Virus record (IMG/VR): IMGVR_UViG_3300030372_004948
Span: 1 to 38,571 of that record
Source: a virus
Taxonomy: Duplodnaviria; Caudoviricetes
Strand: one strand, 5' to 3'
DNA: 38,571 nt
In this document: piece after piece, positions 1 through 8,414 of the stretch
Layout: each line of letters begins with the position of its first letter
How positions within the stretch are numbered: position 1 is the stretch's first letter
The notes under the pieces: generated by a model
Databases searched by the model: none
What the model was told of the DNA's origin: nothing
The model's input: the letters and a program-made list of their open reading frames with translations, nothing else
Program-made: the position numbers and the translations under genes

Positions 1-99
1 CGCGCAAGGCAGGCGCGCTGCATTGATGCGGATGATGGACGAGGCTGGTGGAGACCCGTTTGTCGCTGCGGAGCGCGCCTTTAGGGCTGCGGAAACGCC
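1..99. repeat. Terminal direct repeat copy 1 (identical to 38473-38571); circular-assembly overlap
   Basis: Bases 1-99 match 38473-38571 exactly; the reading frame runs continuously across the join. Confidence 0.95.
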
Positions 100-3000
100 A
101 GCCGGCACGCGGGTAGTGGGGGTGCGTGAGGCTGCTGCACCTCCTGAGCCGGTGCCAGACTTGCCACAGGTCGCGCAGGTTAGGCGTCAAGTAGAGGCTA
201 GGCGGGAGGCTGGCCGCCAAGCACCACCTCCCCAGGAAGCGGCCACGCCTCCAGATGTTGTGGCTGCTACTCAGTGGGAGAGGGCTCGAGCTGCGGTAAG
301 CGAAGCGGAGCAGTCCTCTCGAGGCCTATACGAGCGGCTTGATGCGGCGAGAGCAGAGGGCCTGCACAAGACCAATCCTGTTGAGTATGCGCGGATGTAC
401 GACGAGGCCATCAACACGTCGCACAGGCTTGACATGCAGGCCCGCCAGATGGTCGAGGCGGCAAAAGCAGCGCAGGCTGAAGCGGCTCCGCCGCAAGTGC
501 CAAGAAGCCGTGCGCTGGTTCCCATCGAAGAGGTGGTCGCGCCTGAGGTTATCAACATACCAGCGCCTCGATATGAGGTGATCCCATGGCAAAGGCCTGG
601 GCGTGCAGCATATGAGTCCCCAGTCATATCGCCGGGCCTACAACCTCCGCCACCCGGCAGGAGGTTTGGATACGAGTTTGAGCAGAAGCTCTATGACATC
701 ACTGGTGAGCCCGGCAAGCCGCGCGGTCTATCTCCAGCGAGAGAGATGACTCAAGAGGGCATCGCTGACGTAGCACCTGTGGTGCGCGATGTCGCGCCGG
801 TTGTGCAGCGCATGACGCCAGAGATGTTCCGCATCATCGAGGACGCCGCTGAGTGGTTTGAGAGCGGCCCGCTAAGGAACGTGCCTGAGTTTAGGGAGAT
901 GGTGTACCAAGAGATTCAGGCCGCGATGGACACGCGCACAGCAAACATGTTCCAGGCTAAAGCCGCTCGTGAAGGGGCGGCCAAGCTGGCCTCTTCGGAA
1001 CTGGCGCGGCGTGGCCGGGTGAAGGTGCCACCCAAAGAGGTGTTGGCGCTTCTTGATGAGGCCATAGAGGGCAGGATCAATGACGTGGCCATCCGATACA
1101 AGGACTGGCAGACCGGAGAGCCTAAGACTCTCTCTGTGGTTGACCTGCTGTCCGAGTCTCTTCAGCTTGATCCGAAGTTCAAGGAGATCGTTGTTGGCTC
1201 AATGCTAAACGCCAACATGCACAGAGCTGCAACCAGGTCACGGAAGTTGTTCCACCTGAACACCATGGGCAAGACCATCCGGGAGTGGCACCCTAGGCAC
1301 ACGACGTATGAGATGGCGTCTGTCGACCCTGCCAAGGGCCTCGTGCAGATGCAGAGCGCTGTTAAGCGCAGGCCACCGGTCGATGCGGAACTCGAGTTCT
1401 TCAAGTACAGGTACGAACGAGAGGGCACGCTTCCGCCTATAACCAGGAACTCTCCGCAGGCCATCCTGAACTACGCTAAGGACAGCGGAACTCCAATGCC
1501 TGGGCCACTGCGAAGACGCCTTGCGCGCATGAAGAAGGTGCCAGAGCCTATCCTTGACGCTCTTGGTTTGCGAAGGCCAGACATCCCGGCGGGCGTGCGC
1601 GACGTCCGCATATCTCCGATGATCTTAGACGAGGGCATGACGCCAGAGCTCTATATGAAGGGGGACCTGCTGTCCTCGGTTGAGTTTGTGTTTGCTGACA
1701 GGGCCTGGGCAGACGCACCCTTGCCTATCCTGTTTGGGCAGTCCGCGCAAAAGCTGCTTGCGGGCCTATCGAGAGGCATTAAGAAGGGGCGTGTCGCCCT
1801 TAACCCAGGCTCGCTTCAGGCGGCTGGCCTGGCAAACACCATGGCGGCCAGCCTTAAATGGGGCGACCCGCTTGCGTTGCCGAGGATGGTTGACTGGTTT
1901 GTGGACATGGCCAGGTATAACAAAGGTCTCCCCACCAAGAGACCAAAGTCTCACTTCGAAGCGCTGATGCAGTCGTCTGACATCCTTGACAGCAGCTTTA
2001 CCTTTGAGCTGGCAAAAAACAAAAACCTGCTCGACATCAAGGCGGGAGATGCCTTTATCGACAAGCTCTACAAGGGCGGTGTGCGGGCATATGACATGCC
2101 GATGGATTTTCTCTCCCGCTTGTTTGATAAGCCGGACAACATCGCCAAGGGCTGGGAGACCATGAAGAAGGCAGACAGTTATCTGTCTGACATCGCCATG
2201 CTTCCTGAGGGGAAAAGCATCGGCATACCGATGGGGAGAAACATCCAAACAAGGCTGACAAAAAGAGCTACGGACGAGCCCGGCAAGGTTGGTGTTCTCA
2301 AGGACGGCAAGGTTCAGCTGACGGAGCCACAACTGTTGAGGCTTCTGATGAAGTCCGCTGCGGTTGAGGCGGCCCGCACCTACGTCAACTTCAGGAATGT
2401 GCCTATCGCGCAGGTTGCCAAAAGAAACATCCCTTTGTGGGATGCGATCTTTGGCTCACCGTTTAGCGGCTGGCAGTCGGTGACGACAACGGTGCCGGGG
2501 CGGCAGGGCATCGTTGGGGAGATACTGAGCGGCCCAGTCAATCGCGGATGGACCGACTACGTTCCGTTGATGGTGAAGCGAAACGCAGAAGCCGTTGCAC
2601 ACGGGGCTAAGATAGGGAGCGTGATTGGCTCGCAAGCGGTTCAGCTGGACGAGAACAGTGAGCTGTTTAGGCTGGCATCTTCATGGGACCTCGACCAGGT
2701 CAAGCCAGTGCTCACCTCACCAACAGATGATGTTGGTGTCTTTGACGTGTGGAGCATAGGTACGTCAGACCCTATGGAAGACTTGGCCACAACCATCCGC
2801 ATGGTCGAGTCTGCGCTGTCGCCCGAAGAGGCTCTCGGGTTTATCGACCCGACCGCTGTTTCTGCGATAGGCGACAAGGGCTTTGAGCTCTCTAAAGCTA
2901 CGCCGGAAGAGATCGCCAACATGAGCGCATACGATAAGCGTATGTACGATGCGGCCAAGGGCCTGTCTTCGCCTAAGTTTAAGGGGATGGGGTCTCCATT

Positions 3001-3886
3001 TAAGCGCGCCCTGGATAGCGCGTTCTTAGGCGGTTCGGCTATCGCGAACATCTACATGGACTTCACCAAGGCGAAGGGGTTGCCGGGCGGGATAACGGAT
3101 GCGTGGTCCATCATCAGCCTTATAGCCAAGACGTCGCTAAGGTCTTACATACCTGCGTATGCCGGCAAGACAGCGAGTGCATACGCCGAGTGGGTCATAC
3201 CTGAGCTTCAGGACAAGGTGCTGAACCTGCAAGCAGACGACAGCATCCCCGAGCTTGAGAAGGCTGAGATGATAGCCGAGACCCAGCGCGAGATTGAGCA
3301 CGCAAAGTACTTTGCCGGGCAGAAACTCGTTGAGCCAAAGCCGCTTGAGGGTGGAGGTTTGTTTGAGCGTGCGCCTAATGACTTCATGAGCATTCTTATG
3401 GACCACTGGTTCAAGCTGCCCCGACCTGAGCTTATGGTTGGTAATGAGTCAAAGGCAGCCGAACTCTTTAAGAAAATGAAGTCTGAGGCTCTCAAGGCTG
3501 CTGGCGCTGCGTCTACAAAGCAGATCGAGGCGCAGGAAAGTCAGCTGAACGCGCTGATTAGAAGGGTGGGCCCCCTGCCGCCAGGCCCTGAGAGAGAGCG
3601 GGCGTTAGAGCGTGTGGTTGCAGCGCGGCAAATCCTCAATGAGATGAAGTCTAGGCGATCGTCGCTTCAGCAGATCATAGGTCGTGAGTTCGATGCCCAG
3701 ATGCGTGCTGTGAAAAGCCAGACTCGCAGCCAGAAGCAGATGGTCAAAGGCCTTAAGAGATACCAGAAGGACGGGCTGCGCGTGCTTAATCGGTCTCAGC
3801 GCACCAAGGGCCGAGAATACGTGCGCAAGAAGACCGAACGAGAATACGAGCAGATGGACAAAGAGTTGTTCCCGCCAGGACCATAG
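1..3886 (+). CDS. C-terminal part of a ~1973-aa probable internal virion/DNA-ejection protein that starts at 36437 and crosses the junction
   Basis: ORF 23..3886 is in frame with the open frame from 36437; last and largest gene of the structural operon; Ala/Glu/Pro-rich; function inferred from podoviral gene order. Confidence 0.75.
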   Translation, partial: AQGRRAALMRMMDEAGGDPFVAAERAFRAAETPAGTRVVGVREAAAPPEPVPDLPQVAQVRRQVEARREAGRQAPPPQEAATPPDVVAATQWERARAAVSEAEQSSRGLYERLDAARAEGLHKTNPVEYARMYDEAINTSHRLDMQARQMVEAAKAAQAEAAPPQVPRSRALVPIEEVVAPEVINIPAPRYEVIPWQRPGRAAYESPVISPGLQPPPPGRRFGYEFEQKLYDITGEPGKPRGLSPAREMTQEGIADVAPVVRDVAPVVQRMTPEMFRIIEDAAEWFESGPLRNVPEFREMVYQEIQAAMDTRTANMFQAKAAREGAAKLASSELARRGRVKVPPKEVLALLDEAIEGRINDVAIRYKDWQTGEPKTLSVVDLLSESLQLDPKFKEIVVGSMLNANMHRAATRSRKLFHLNTMGKTIREWHPRHTTYEMASVDPAKGLVQMQSAVKRRPPVDAELEFFKYRYEREGTLPPITRNSPQAILNYAKDSGTPMPGPLRRRLARMKKVPEPILDALGLRRPDIPAGVRDVRISPMILDEGMTPELYMKGDLLSSVEFVFADRAWADAPLPILFGQSAQKLLAGLSRGIKKGRVALNPGSLQAAGLANTMAASLKWGDPLALPRMVDWFVDMARYNKGLPTKRPKSHFEALMQSSDILDSSFTFELAKNKNLLDIKAGDAFIDKLYKGGVRAYDMPMDFLSRLFDKPDNIAKGWETMKKADSYLSDIAMLPEGKSIGIPMGRNIQTRLTKRATDEPGKVGVLKDGKVQLTEPQLLRLLMKSAAVEAARTYVNFRNVPIAQVAKRNIPLWDAIFGSPFSGWQSVTTTVPGRQGIVGEILSGPVNRGWTDYVPLMVKRNAEAVAHGAKIGSVIGSQAVQLDENSELFRLASSWDLDQVKPVLTSPTDDVGVFDVWSIGTSDPMEDLATTIRMVESALSPEEALGFIDPTAVSAIGDKGFELSKATPEEIANMSAYDKRMYDAAKGLSSPKFKGMGSPFKRALDSAFLGGSAIANIYMDFTKAKGLPGGITDAWSIISLIAKTSLRSYIPAYAGKTASAYAEWVIPELQDKVLNLQADDSIPELEKAEMIAETQREIEHAKYFAGQKLVEPKPLEGGGLFERAPNDFMSILMDHWFKLPRPELMVGNESKAAELFKKMKSEALKAAGAASTKQIEAQESQLNALIRRVGPLPPGPERERALERVVAARQILNEMKSRRSSLQQIIGREFDAQMRAVKSQTRSQKQMVKGLKRYQKDGLRVLNRSQRTKGREYVRKKTEREYEQMDKELFPPGP

Positions 3887-3896
3887 GAGCCAACAC

Positions 3897-4280
3897 ATGC
3901 AAGTCACCAAGCACTTCAAGCTCAGCGAGTTCGCCTGCAAGGACGGCACCCAGGTGCCCACCAAGTACCAGGGTAACGTCGCCGCGCTCTGTCTCGCGCT
4001 CGAGCACCTCCGAGCTCGGCTGGGAGCGCCCGTTGTGATCATCTCTGCCTACCGCACCAAGGAATACAACAAGCGTGTCGGTGGCGCGTCTAAGTCTCAG
4101 CACCTGACGGGCAAGGCTGCTGACATCCGCATCAGCGGCAAGACACCGGCCGAGGTATCGGCGTGTCTCGAGGAACTCATCGCCGAGGGCACCATCCCGC
4201 AGGGCGGCATTGGCGTGTACCCTGGCTCAAACTTCACGCACTACGACGTGCGCCTTTCTAAGGCTAGGTGGAACGGGTAG
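3897..4280 (+). CDS. Endolysin, peptidase M15A (D-Ala-D-Ala carboxypeptidase-like Zn peptidase)
   Basis: HFKLSEFACKDG, SAYRT..YNKRVGGASKSQHLTGKAADI, FTHYDVR are typical M15A motifs; AGGAG SD. Confidence 0.92.
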   Translation: MQVTKHFKLSEFACKDGTQVPTKYQGNVAALCLALEHLRARLGAPVVIISAYRTKEYNKRVGGASKSQHLTGKAADIRISGKTPAEVSACLEELIAEGTIPQGGIGVYPGSNFTHYDVRLSKARWNG

Positions 4281-4327
4281 TGACCTGCTATGGTCTCTGC
4301 ACTGAATGACTTGCCCCTGGAGGGAGC

Positions 4328-4624
4328 GTGAAACGGTTTGCTTTTGACTTTGTGGCGGCGCTGGCTGTGGGCGTCATCTTGATGCTCTCGATGGGCGGAT
4401 GCGGCAGCACCTACACCTTGAAGAAGGGTGGATGGTCTATCGAGAAGGACGCTGAGAAGGGCACCTGCCTGACCGTGCATGGCGACGGTGACCCGGAGGT
4501 CGTCGTCGTGTGTATTCTGTCAGCCGACCCGGTCAAGCTCCCCAAGAGCGTTCTCGAGGCATCGTGCCCCAAGTGTCCCGAGCCCCCTGCGGCGCCAGAG
4601 GAGAAGCCTGATGGCGCTAAGTGA
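4328..4624 (+). CDS. Putative lipoprotein (possible spanin-like lysis accessory)
   Basis: MKRF + hydrophobic stretch + MGG-C lipobox-like site; Pro-rich C-terminus; follows the endolysin. Confidence 0.6.
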   Translation: MKRFAFDFVAALAVGVILMLSMGGCGSTYTLKKGGWSIEKDAEKGTCLTVHGDGDPEVVVVCILSADPVKLPKSVLEASCPKCPEPPAAPEEKPDGAK

Positions 4625-4853
4625 TTCGGACAAAGACGCTCTCGGGTGGGCGCTGCTGGTGCCGGGCTTCCTTCATATGATGGGTGAGCTGACTGGCGAG
4701 GAAGGGTTCAACGAGGCGGCTGACAAGCTGGCCGAAGTGCCGGTGGAGAAGATCGCCCAGGTGCTTGGCTCGCTCCGTACCGACTACGCCAACATTGAAG
4801 TCGGCACCATGGAGATTGGTGAGGGCGTCGCTGTCGAGATTGTGGACGACTGA
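4611..4853 (+). CDS. Acidic hypothetical protein (80 aa, MALSDSDKD...)
   Basis: ATG at 4611 overlaps the end of the upstream gene with GAGGAG upstream; the track's longer start at 4479 is unlikely. Confidence 0.65.
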   Translation: MALSDSDKDALGWALLVPGFLHMMGELTGEEGFNEAADKLAEVPVEKIAQVLGSLRTDYANIEVGTMEIGEGVAVEIVDD

Positions 4854-4855
4854 GG

Positions 4856-5191
4856 GTGACGGACGACCTACTAGCCCAACTCGTTGACGCTGGTGGTATC
4901 GGTCTGCTCGCAGGCTTTCTTATCTGGCAGCACATTGGCATGCAGAAGCGCCTGGACGGCCTGGTGGCCTCGTTCCAAGAGCAAGTCGATAAGATCAATG
5001 AGTCATACGACGAGCGCATTGAGAAGATGCGTGAGCGCTACGACCTGGTCATCGAAAGCATCAGGTCTGAGTGCAAGGAAGACATCGACCGTGTCACCGA
5101 CCAGCGCGACTCGATACAGGCGGAGCTCGCCATCCTGATTCAGGATATGGGGCGCAGGGTGGACACGCTTGTGAGCAAGCTGTCTGACTAG
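4856..5191 (+). CDS. Holin-like (BhlA/UviB-type) or i-spanin-like membrane protein
   Basis: Single N-terminal TM segment (LVDAGGIGLLAGFLIWQ) followed by a charged coiled coil; in the lysis cassette. Confidence 0.6.
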   Translation: MTDDLLAQLVDAGGIGLLAGFLIWQHIGMQKRLDGLVASFQEQVDKINESYDERIEKMRERYDLVIESIRSECKEDIDRVTDQRDSIQAELAILIQDMGRRVDTLVSKLSD

Positions 5192-5763
5192 TCCCTGAGC
5201 GCGGCTCTGCGCCACCTTTTAAGCACCTTCATACCCTTGGGCGATGTCCCGCTACACCTGGGCTCACCGGCCCTGTCAGGGCGTCTCCAGAAGGGGCCTC
5301 TGTTGATGCGTATCCAGGCGAGCTTCCACCTGTCCCGCACCTTGGGGCAGTAGCGATGCACCGTGCGCTCGGTTGTGACCAGCCTGCCAAGGAATACGTG
5401 CGCGCTGGCGACTGGGTCGTTGCGGTCATGGATGAACTGCCTAGCCCATGGCCACAGCTGAAGCAACCCCACCGCCTTGCCGTTGTCACCGATGGCGCGA
5501 GGGTTGAAGCGTGACTCGTGCGCCGCCTTTGCCAGCACCATGCCGCGTAGGTGTTTGGGGATGCCGGCTAGCACCTCGACGTGTAGAAGGTCCCGAGCCA
5601 TGTGCTCAGTAGCCCCTAGCCTAACGGCCTGGTCGACGTAGTGCTCAATCAGCACCTGCTCTTGAGTGGTGCAGCAGTCTGGGCACCGCTCGCAGTTGTC
5701 TGCGATGTAGGCAGAATGCCAGCTGCCGATTAGCAGCATGGCAGATGTGATGATTGCGCTCAT
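5188..5763 (-). CDS. Lytic transglycosylase (SLT domain) with N-terminal signal-like segment
   Basis: AHESRFNPRAIGDNGKAVGLLQL matches the SLT catalytic ES...GLxQ motifs. Confidence 0.82.
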   Translation of the reverse strand: MSAIITSAMLLIGSWHSAYIADNCERCPDCCTTQEQVLIEHYVDQAVRLGATEHMARDLLHVEVLAGIPKHLRGMVLAKAAHESRFNPRAIGDNGKAVGLLQLWPWARQFIHDRNDPVASAHVFLGRLVTTERTVHRYCPKVRDRWKLAWIRINRGPFWRRPDRAGEPRCSGTSPKGMKVLKRWRRAALRD

Positions 5764-5774
5764 AAGACCTCATT

Positions 5775-5820
5775 AAAAAAGCCCCGGCAACGCGGGAGGA
5801 TAGATCCGCGCTGCCGAGGC
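5775..5820 (-). terminator. Rho-independent terminator after ssb
   Basis: 15-bp stem GCCUCGGCAGCGCGG/CCGCGUUGCCGGGGC with G-U pairs on the minus strand, followed by U6. Confidence 0.85.
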
Positions 5821-5851
5821 CAACTGGGGCTAGACCACTAGCACCCCGACA
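5775..5851 (-). ncRNA. Candidate 3'-UTR-derived antisense sRNA (two hairpins, loops UGGU and AUCUAUCCUC)
   Basis: Hairpin 5826-5847 and terminator loop 5796-5805 are complementary (9-12 nt) to leaders of several early genes. Confidence 0.45.
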
Positions 5852-6256
5852 TTAGAAGGGGATGTCGTCGTCGTTGTCAAAGGGTTGGTTGACCTGAGAC
5901 GCCGGAGCTCCAGCAACCTGACCGCCGTAGCCACCGCTGCTCTTGGTGCGCGCCGTGAGCTTCACCGACGCCTTGCTGACGTTGTTGAACACGCCCTCAC
6001 CCTGACGAGGGGCTTGGTCGTACTCACCGACAACGGTGACGGCGGTGCCACGTTGGGCTTTGTTCATGATCCAGGCCATCTGGCTCTCGGCCCACACGCT
6101 GACGCGGAAGAAGACCGGGCGCTCGGCCCGCTCCCTCCTGTCGTAGCGGCCAACAGCCACGGTGAACTCGACAAACGCCTTGCCGTTGGACGTGCTCTTC
6201 TGCTCCGGGTCCGACGTCAGGTTGCCAGTGATTGTGATGTTGCAGATATCAGACAT
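5852..6256 (-). CDS. ssb: Single-stranded DNA-binding protein
   Basis: NITITGNLTSDPE OB-fold start, FFRVSVW, Gly-rich linker, C-terminal DDDIPF; likely start ATG 6256. Confidence 0.93.
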   Translation of the reverse strand: MSDICNITITGNLTSDPEQKSTSNGKAFVEFTVAVGRYDRRERAERPVFFRVSVWAESQMAWIMNKAQRGTAVTVVGEYDQAPRQGEGVFNNVSKASVKLTARTKSSGGYGGQVAGAPASQVNQPFDNDDDIPF

Positions 6257-6443
6257 GTGACTGCTCCTGTTTGTTGATGAAGTCCTCGACCAGTGACCGG
6301 ACAAACTTGCTCCGGTCTACGTCCTGGGCGAAGGGGTCAGAGTTGCGCCTGCCAGCGTTGACAGACTTGATAGCGCCGTCGAGCTTCGCGATGAAGTCCT
6401 CGGTGACGCGGATATGAAGCACCGTGCGCTTAGGCGTTTCCAT
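6249..6443 (-). CDS. Small ribbon-helix-helix-like DNA-binding protein
   Basis: VLHIRVTEDFIAKLD...DRSKFVRSLVEDF fits the RHH pattern; overlaps both neighbours. Confidence 0.6.
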   Translation of the reverse strand: METPKRTVLHIRVTEDFIAKLDGAIKSVNAGRRNSDPFAQDVDRSKFVRSLVEDFINKQEQSHV

Positions 6444-7125
6444 TCTCAATCCTCCATGCGTCGAAGTCCTGACGCGCTGCGTGGCCTTTGTGTAAGAGCG
6501 CGCCGACCAGACGGTCAGCCTCGTTCTTGGGCATCTCGGAGAGCTTGGGCTGCCCCTTGCTGATGCGCCAGGTGTTGACCATGTTGTAGTCGATGTTGGC
6601 AGCTTCGAGGGTGGGGAACATCCCCTTCATCTTGCCGGCCTTGAAGTCAGGGCTGTGGTTGGCCCGGCGCTTTGCGTCGGCCTCCTTCTTGCGCCACCCC
6701 TTCTTGGTCTGGCCCTCGTGGCCGGTTGATGTCATGGCCCCGTTGCCGTCGTCGTCCTGCACAGCAGGGATGCCGAGGATGGCAGCGATGCAGTAGCGTT
6801 TGGTGTAGCTCATGCCTGAGCCAAACCCGTGCGCGTTCTGACGGTCGGCCAGCACCCTCATTCTCGAGACCAGCTTCTCCCCACTAGTGTGGGCGAGTAT
6901 GGTGATCATCATGTCTCCGTCCATGATGTGAGTGAAGGATAGGCCGAAGCTGTGCGCGCCCTGCGCCGCTTCGAGCACGCTTTCGTAGGATGCAAAGCGC
7001 CCGAAGTTGCTCTTGCTATCCTCGGTGGCCCTCGGCTTGGTCGCTTGGAACTCAGCGAGCGCCTTAAAGAGTTCAGGGCCGCCAAGTCCGACGGCTGCTG
7101 TTGGTGTAGTGGTCTGCTCAGTCAT
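6430..7125 (-). CDS. ERF-family single-strand annealing protein
   Basis: LFKALAEFQ, FASYESVL, ILAHTSGE, GSGMSYTKRYCIAAILGIP..DDDG signature. Confidence 0.92.
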   Translation of the reverse strand: MTEQTTTPTAAVGLGGPELFKALAEFQATKPRATEDSKSNFGRFASYESVLEAAQGAHSFGLSFTHIMDGDMMITILAHTSGEKLVSRMRVLADRQNAHGFGSGMSYTKRYCIAAILGIPAVQDDDGNGAMTSTGHEGQTKKGWRKKEADAKRRANHSPDFKAGKMKGMFPTLEAANIDYNMVNTWRISKGQPKLSEMPKNEADRLVGALLHKGHAARQDFDAWRIENGNA

Positions 7126-7297
7126 TGGTCATCTCCAGTTTGAGCCCGAGGTCGTCGGGCTGGTTGTCGGTTAGCCACTTGGTAAGTGGCAGGTACACGG
7201 TGGTGTGCAGTGGATGGTCAGGGAAGTTGGCGCGCTGTCGCACCAGCGATACCCAGGCGGCGAGTTTGTGGGCCCATGTCATGATGTCGGCACCCAT
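7118..7297 (-). CDS. Hypothetical protein (59 aa, MGADIMTWAHKLAAW...); not in the ORF track
   Basis: Fills the gap between gp157 and erf; ATG directly follows the gp157 stop and its end overlaps the erf start. Confidence 0.6.
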   Translation of the reverse strand: MGADIMTWAHKLAAWVSLVRQRANFPDHPLHTTVYLPLTKWLTDNQPDDLGLKLEMTND

Positions 7298-7852
7298 CTA
7301 CTTGCCCTCCACGACGATGAGGTCCTCGCTCTTGGTGACGAGGATGCCCAGCTGTCCGAGCTCCTCGACGGTGGACGAGCCGTTCCTGATGGCCCGCTTG
7401 ACCATAGCCCTGTTGACCCTGACCGGGGCCTCGAGAAAGTCGCTGGGCTCCCACGTCTCGCCGAGTTCGACGGAGTAGGACGTGCGCTTGTCGAGCCGCA
7501 CGTGCCCGTCCTCGCAGTCGACCTTGCTCTCCCCAGGGTTCGCCTCTTGGTGCGCCAAGAGCAGGTTCTTCATGTAGCCCCGCAGCCTGTCAGCGTCGCC
7601 GGTCCTGCGCTTGGCGATGGTTGCGATGCGTGCAGCCTCGGCCTTGAGGGTCTCGGCCTCGGCCAGCAGTCTGGTGCGCACCGCCCGTATCGACTGCAGC
7701 TTCGACTTGATGTCGGCGTTTGTCGCCTCCACCTCCGCGAGCCAGGCGTCGTATGCCTGCTCATTCACCTCACCATTGGCGTCGGTGATGTCCATAAGCG
7801 CAGCAGCAAGCCGCCGCGCACGTGTTGATATCTCAAAGGACGTGCCGCCCAT
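7298..7852 (-). CDS. Siphovirus Gp157 family protein
   Basis: Coiled coil LKAEAARI..KRR..RLRGYM and C-terminal VNRAMVKRAIRNG; beside erf; GGAGG SD. Confidence 0.8.
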   Translation of the reverse strand: MGGTSFEISTRARRLAAALMDITDANGEVNEQAYDAWLAEVEATNADIKSKLQSIRAVRTRLLAEAETLKAEAARIATIAKRRTGDADRLRGYMKNLLLAHQEANPGESKVDCEDGHVRLDKRTSYSVELGETWEPSDFLEAPVRVNRAMVKRAIRNGSSTVEELGQLGILVTKSEDLIVVEGK

Positions 7853-7867
7853 CGAATCCTCCAGTGG

Positions 7868-7932
7868 TCTAGCTCATCAGTGCCGGGAGACCATCCCCCG
7901 ACAGACGCCCCGGCGAGGGCGTTTCGCCTAGA
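7868..7932 (-). ncRNA. Hammerhead ribozyme, type II
   Basis: Minus strand UCUAGGC-GAAA-CGCCCU(CGCC)GGGGCG-UC^UGUCGGGGGA(UGG)UCUCCCGGCA-CUGAUGA-GCUAGA has the full catalytic core and three stems; predicted cleavage between 7904 and 7903. Confidence 0.9.
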
Positions 7933-8245
7933 AGGGTATGTCGTTGATTGACTCTTCGATCTCCGACGCAGTGGCACCCTTGGGCGTCTCACGCGGGCGC
8001 TCGATGTCAGCGATGACAGTCTCAAGGCCCTCAAGTGTTGTGGCAATTTGATTGAAGCTCGCGGGGGCAACGATGTGCATGTCCCTGCTTCTCCAGCCTG
8101 ACAAGAAGGCCTTGACCTCTCTACGTGCTGCCTTCAGCAACGGCAGGAGTTCTTGCCCCATGGCGTAGCGACCGAAGTCCTCACCAAGGTCGAAGTCATC
8201 GACGCCAGTGGCCCCGTCGCCCAGCAGTGTTTTAATCCCTGACAT
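7928..8245 (-). CDS. Hypothetical protein with SSB-like acidic C-terminus (...INDIPF)
   Basis: ORF in the leftward operon with a G-rich SD, overlapping the upstream gene. Confidence 0.75.
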   Translation of the reverse strand: MSGIKTLLGDGATGVDDFDLGEDFGRYAMGQELLPLLKAARREVKAFLSGWRSRDMHIVAPASFNQIATTLEGLETVIADIERPRETPKGATASEIEESINDIPF

Positions 8246-8414
8246 AGCTACCCCCTATCGCTTCCGCGAGGTCTGGAAAGTGGTCTACCGGCGGCTTCCC
8301 GCCGAGCTGTTGAAGCAGTGTGCCCAGGGCATCCACTGCGAACTCTACGTCCCCGGCAATGTCGAGGTCGGCCATGATGTCGGCGATGCGTGCCGCGATC
8401 TCTGCGTTGCTCAT
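8232..8414 (-). CDS. Hypothetical protein (60 aa, MSNAEIAARIAD...)
   Basis: ATGA overlap with the upstream gene gives a likely start at 8414. Confidence 0.65.
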   Translation of the reverse strand: MSNAEIAARIADIMADLDIAGDVEFAVDALGTLLQQLGGKPPVDHFPDLAEAIGGSYVRD

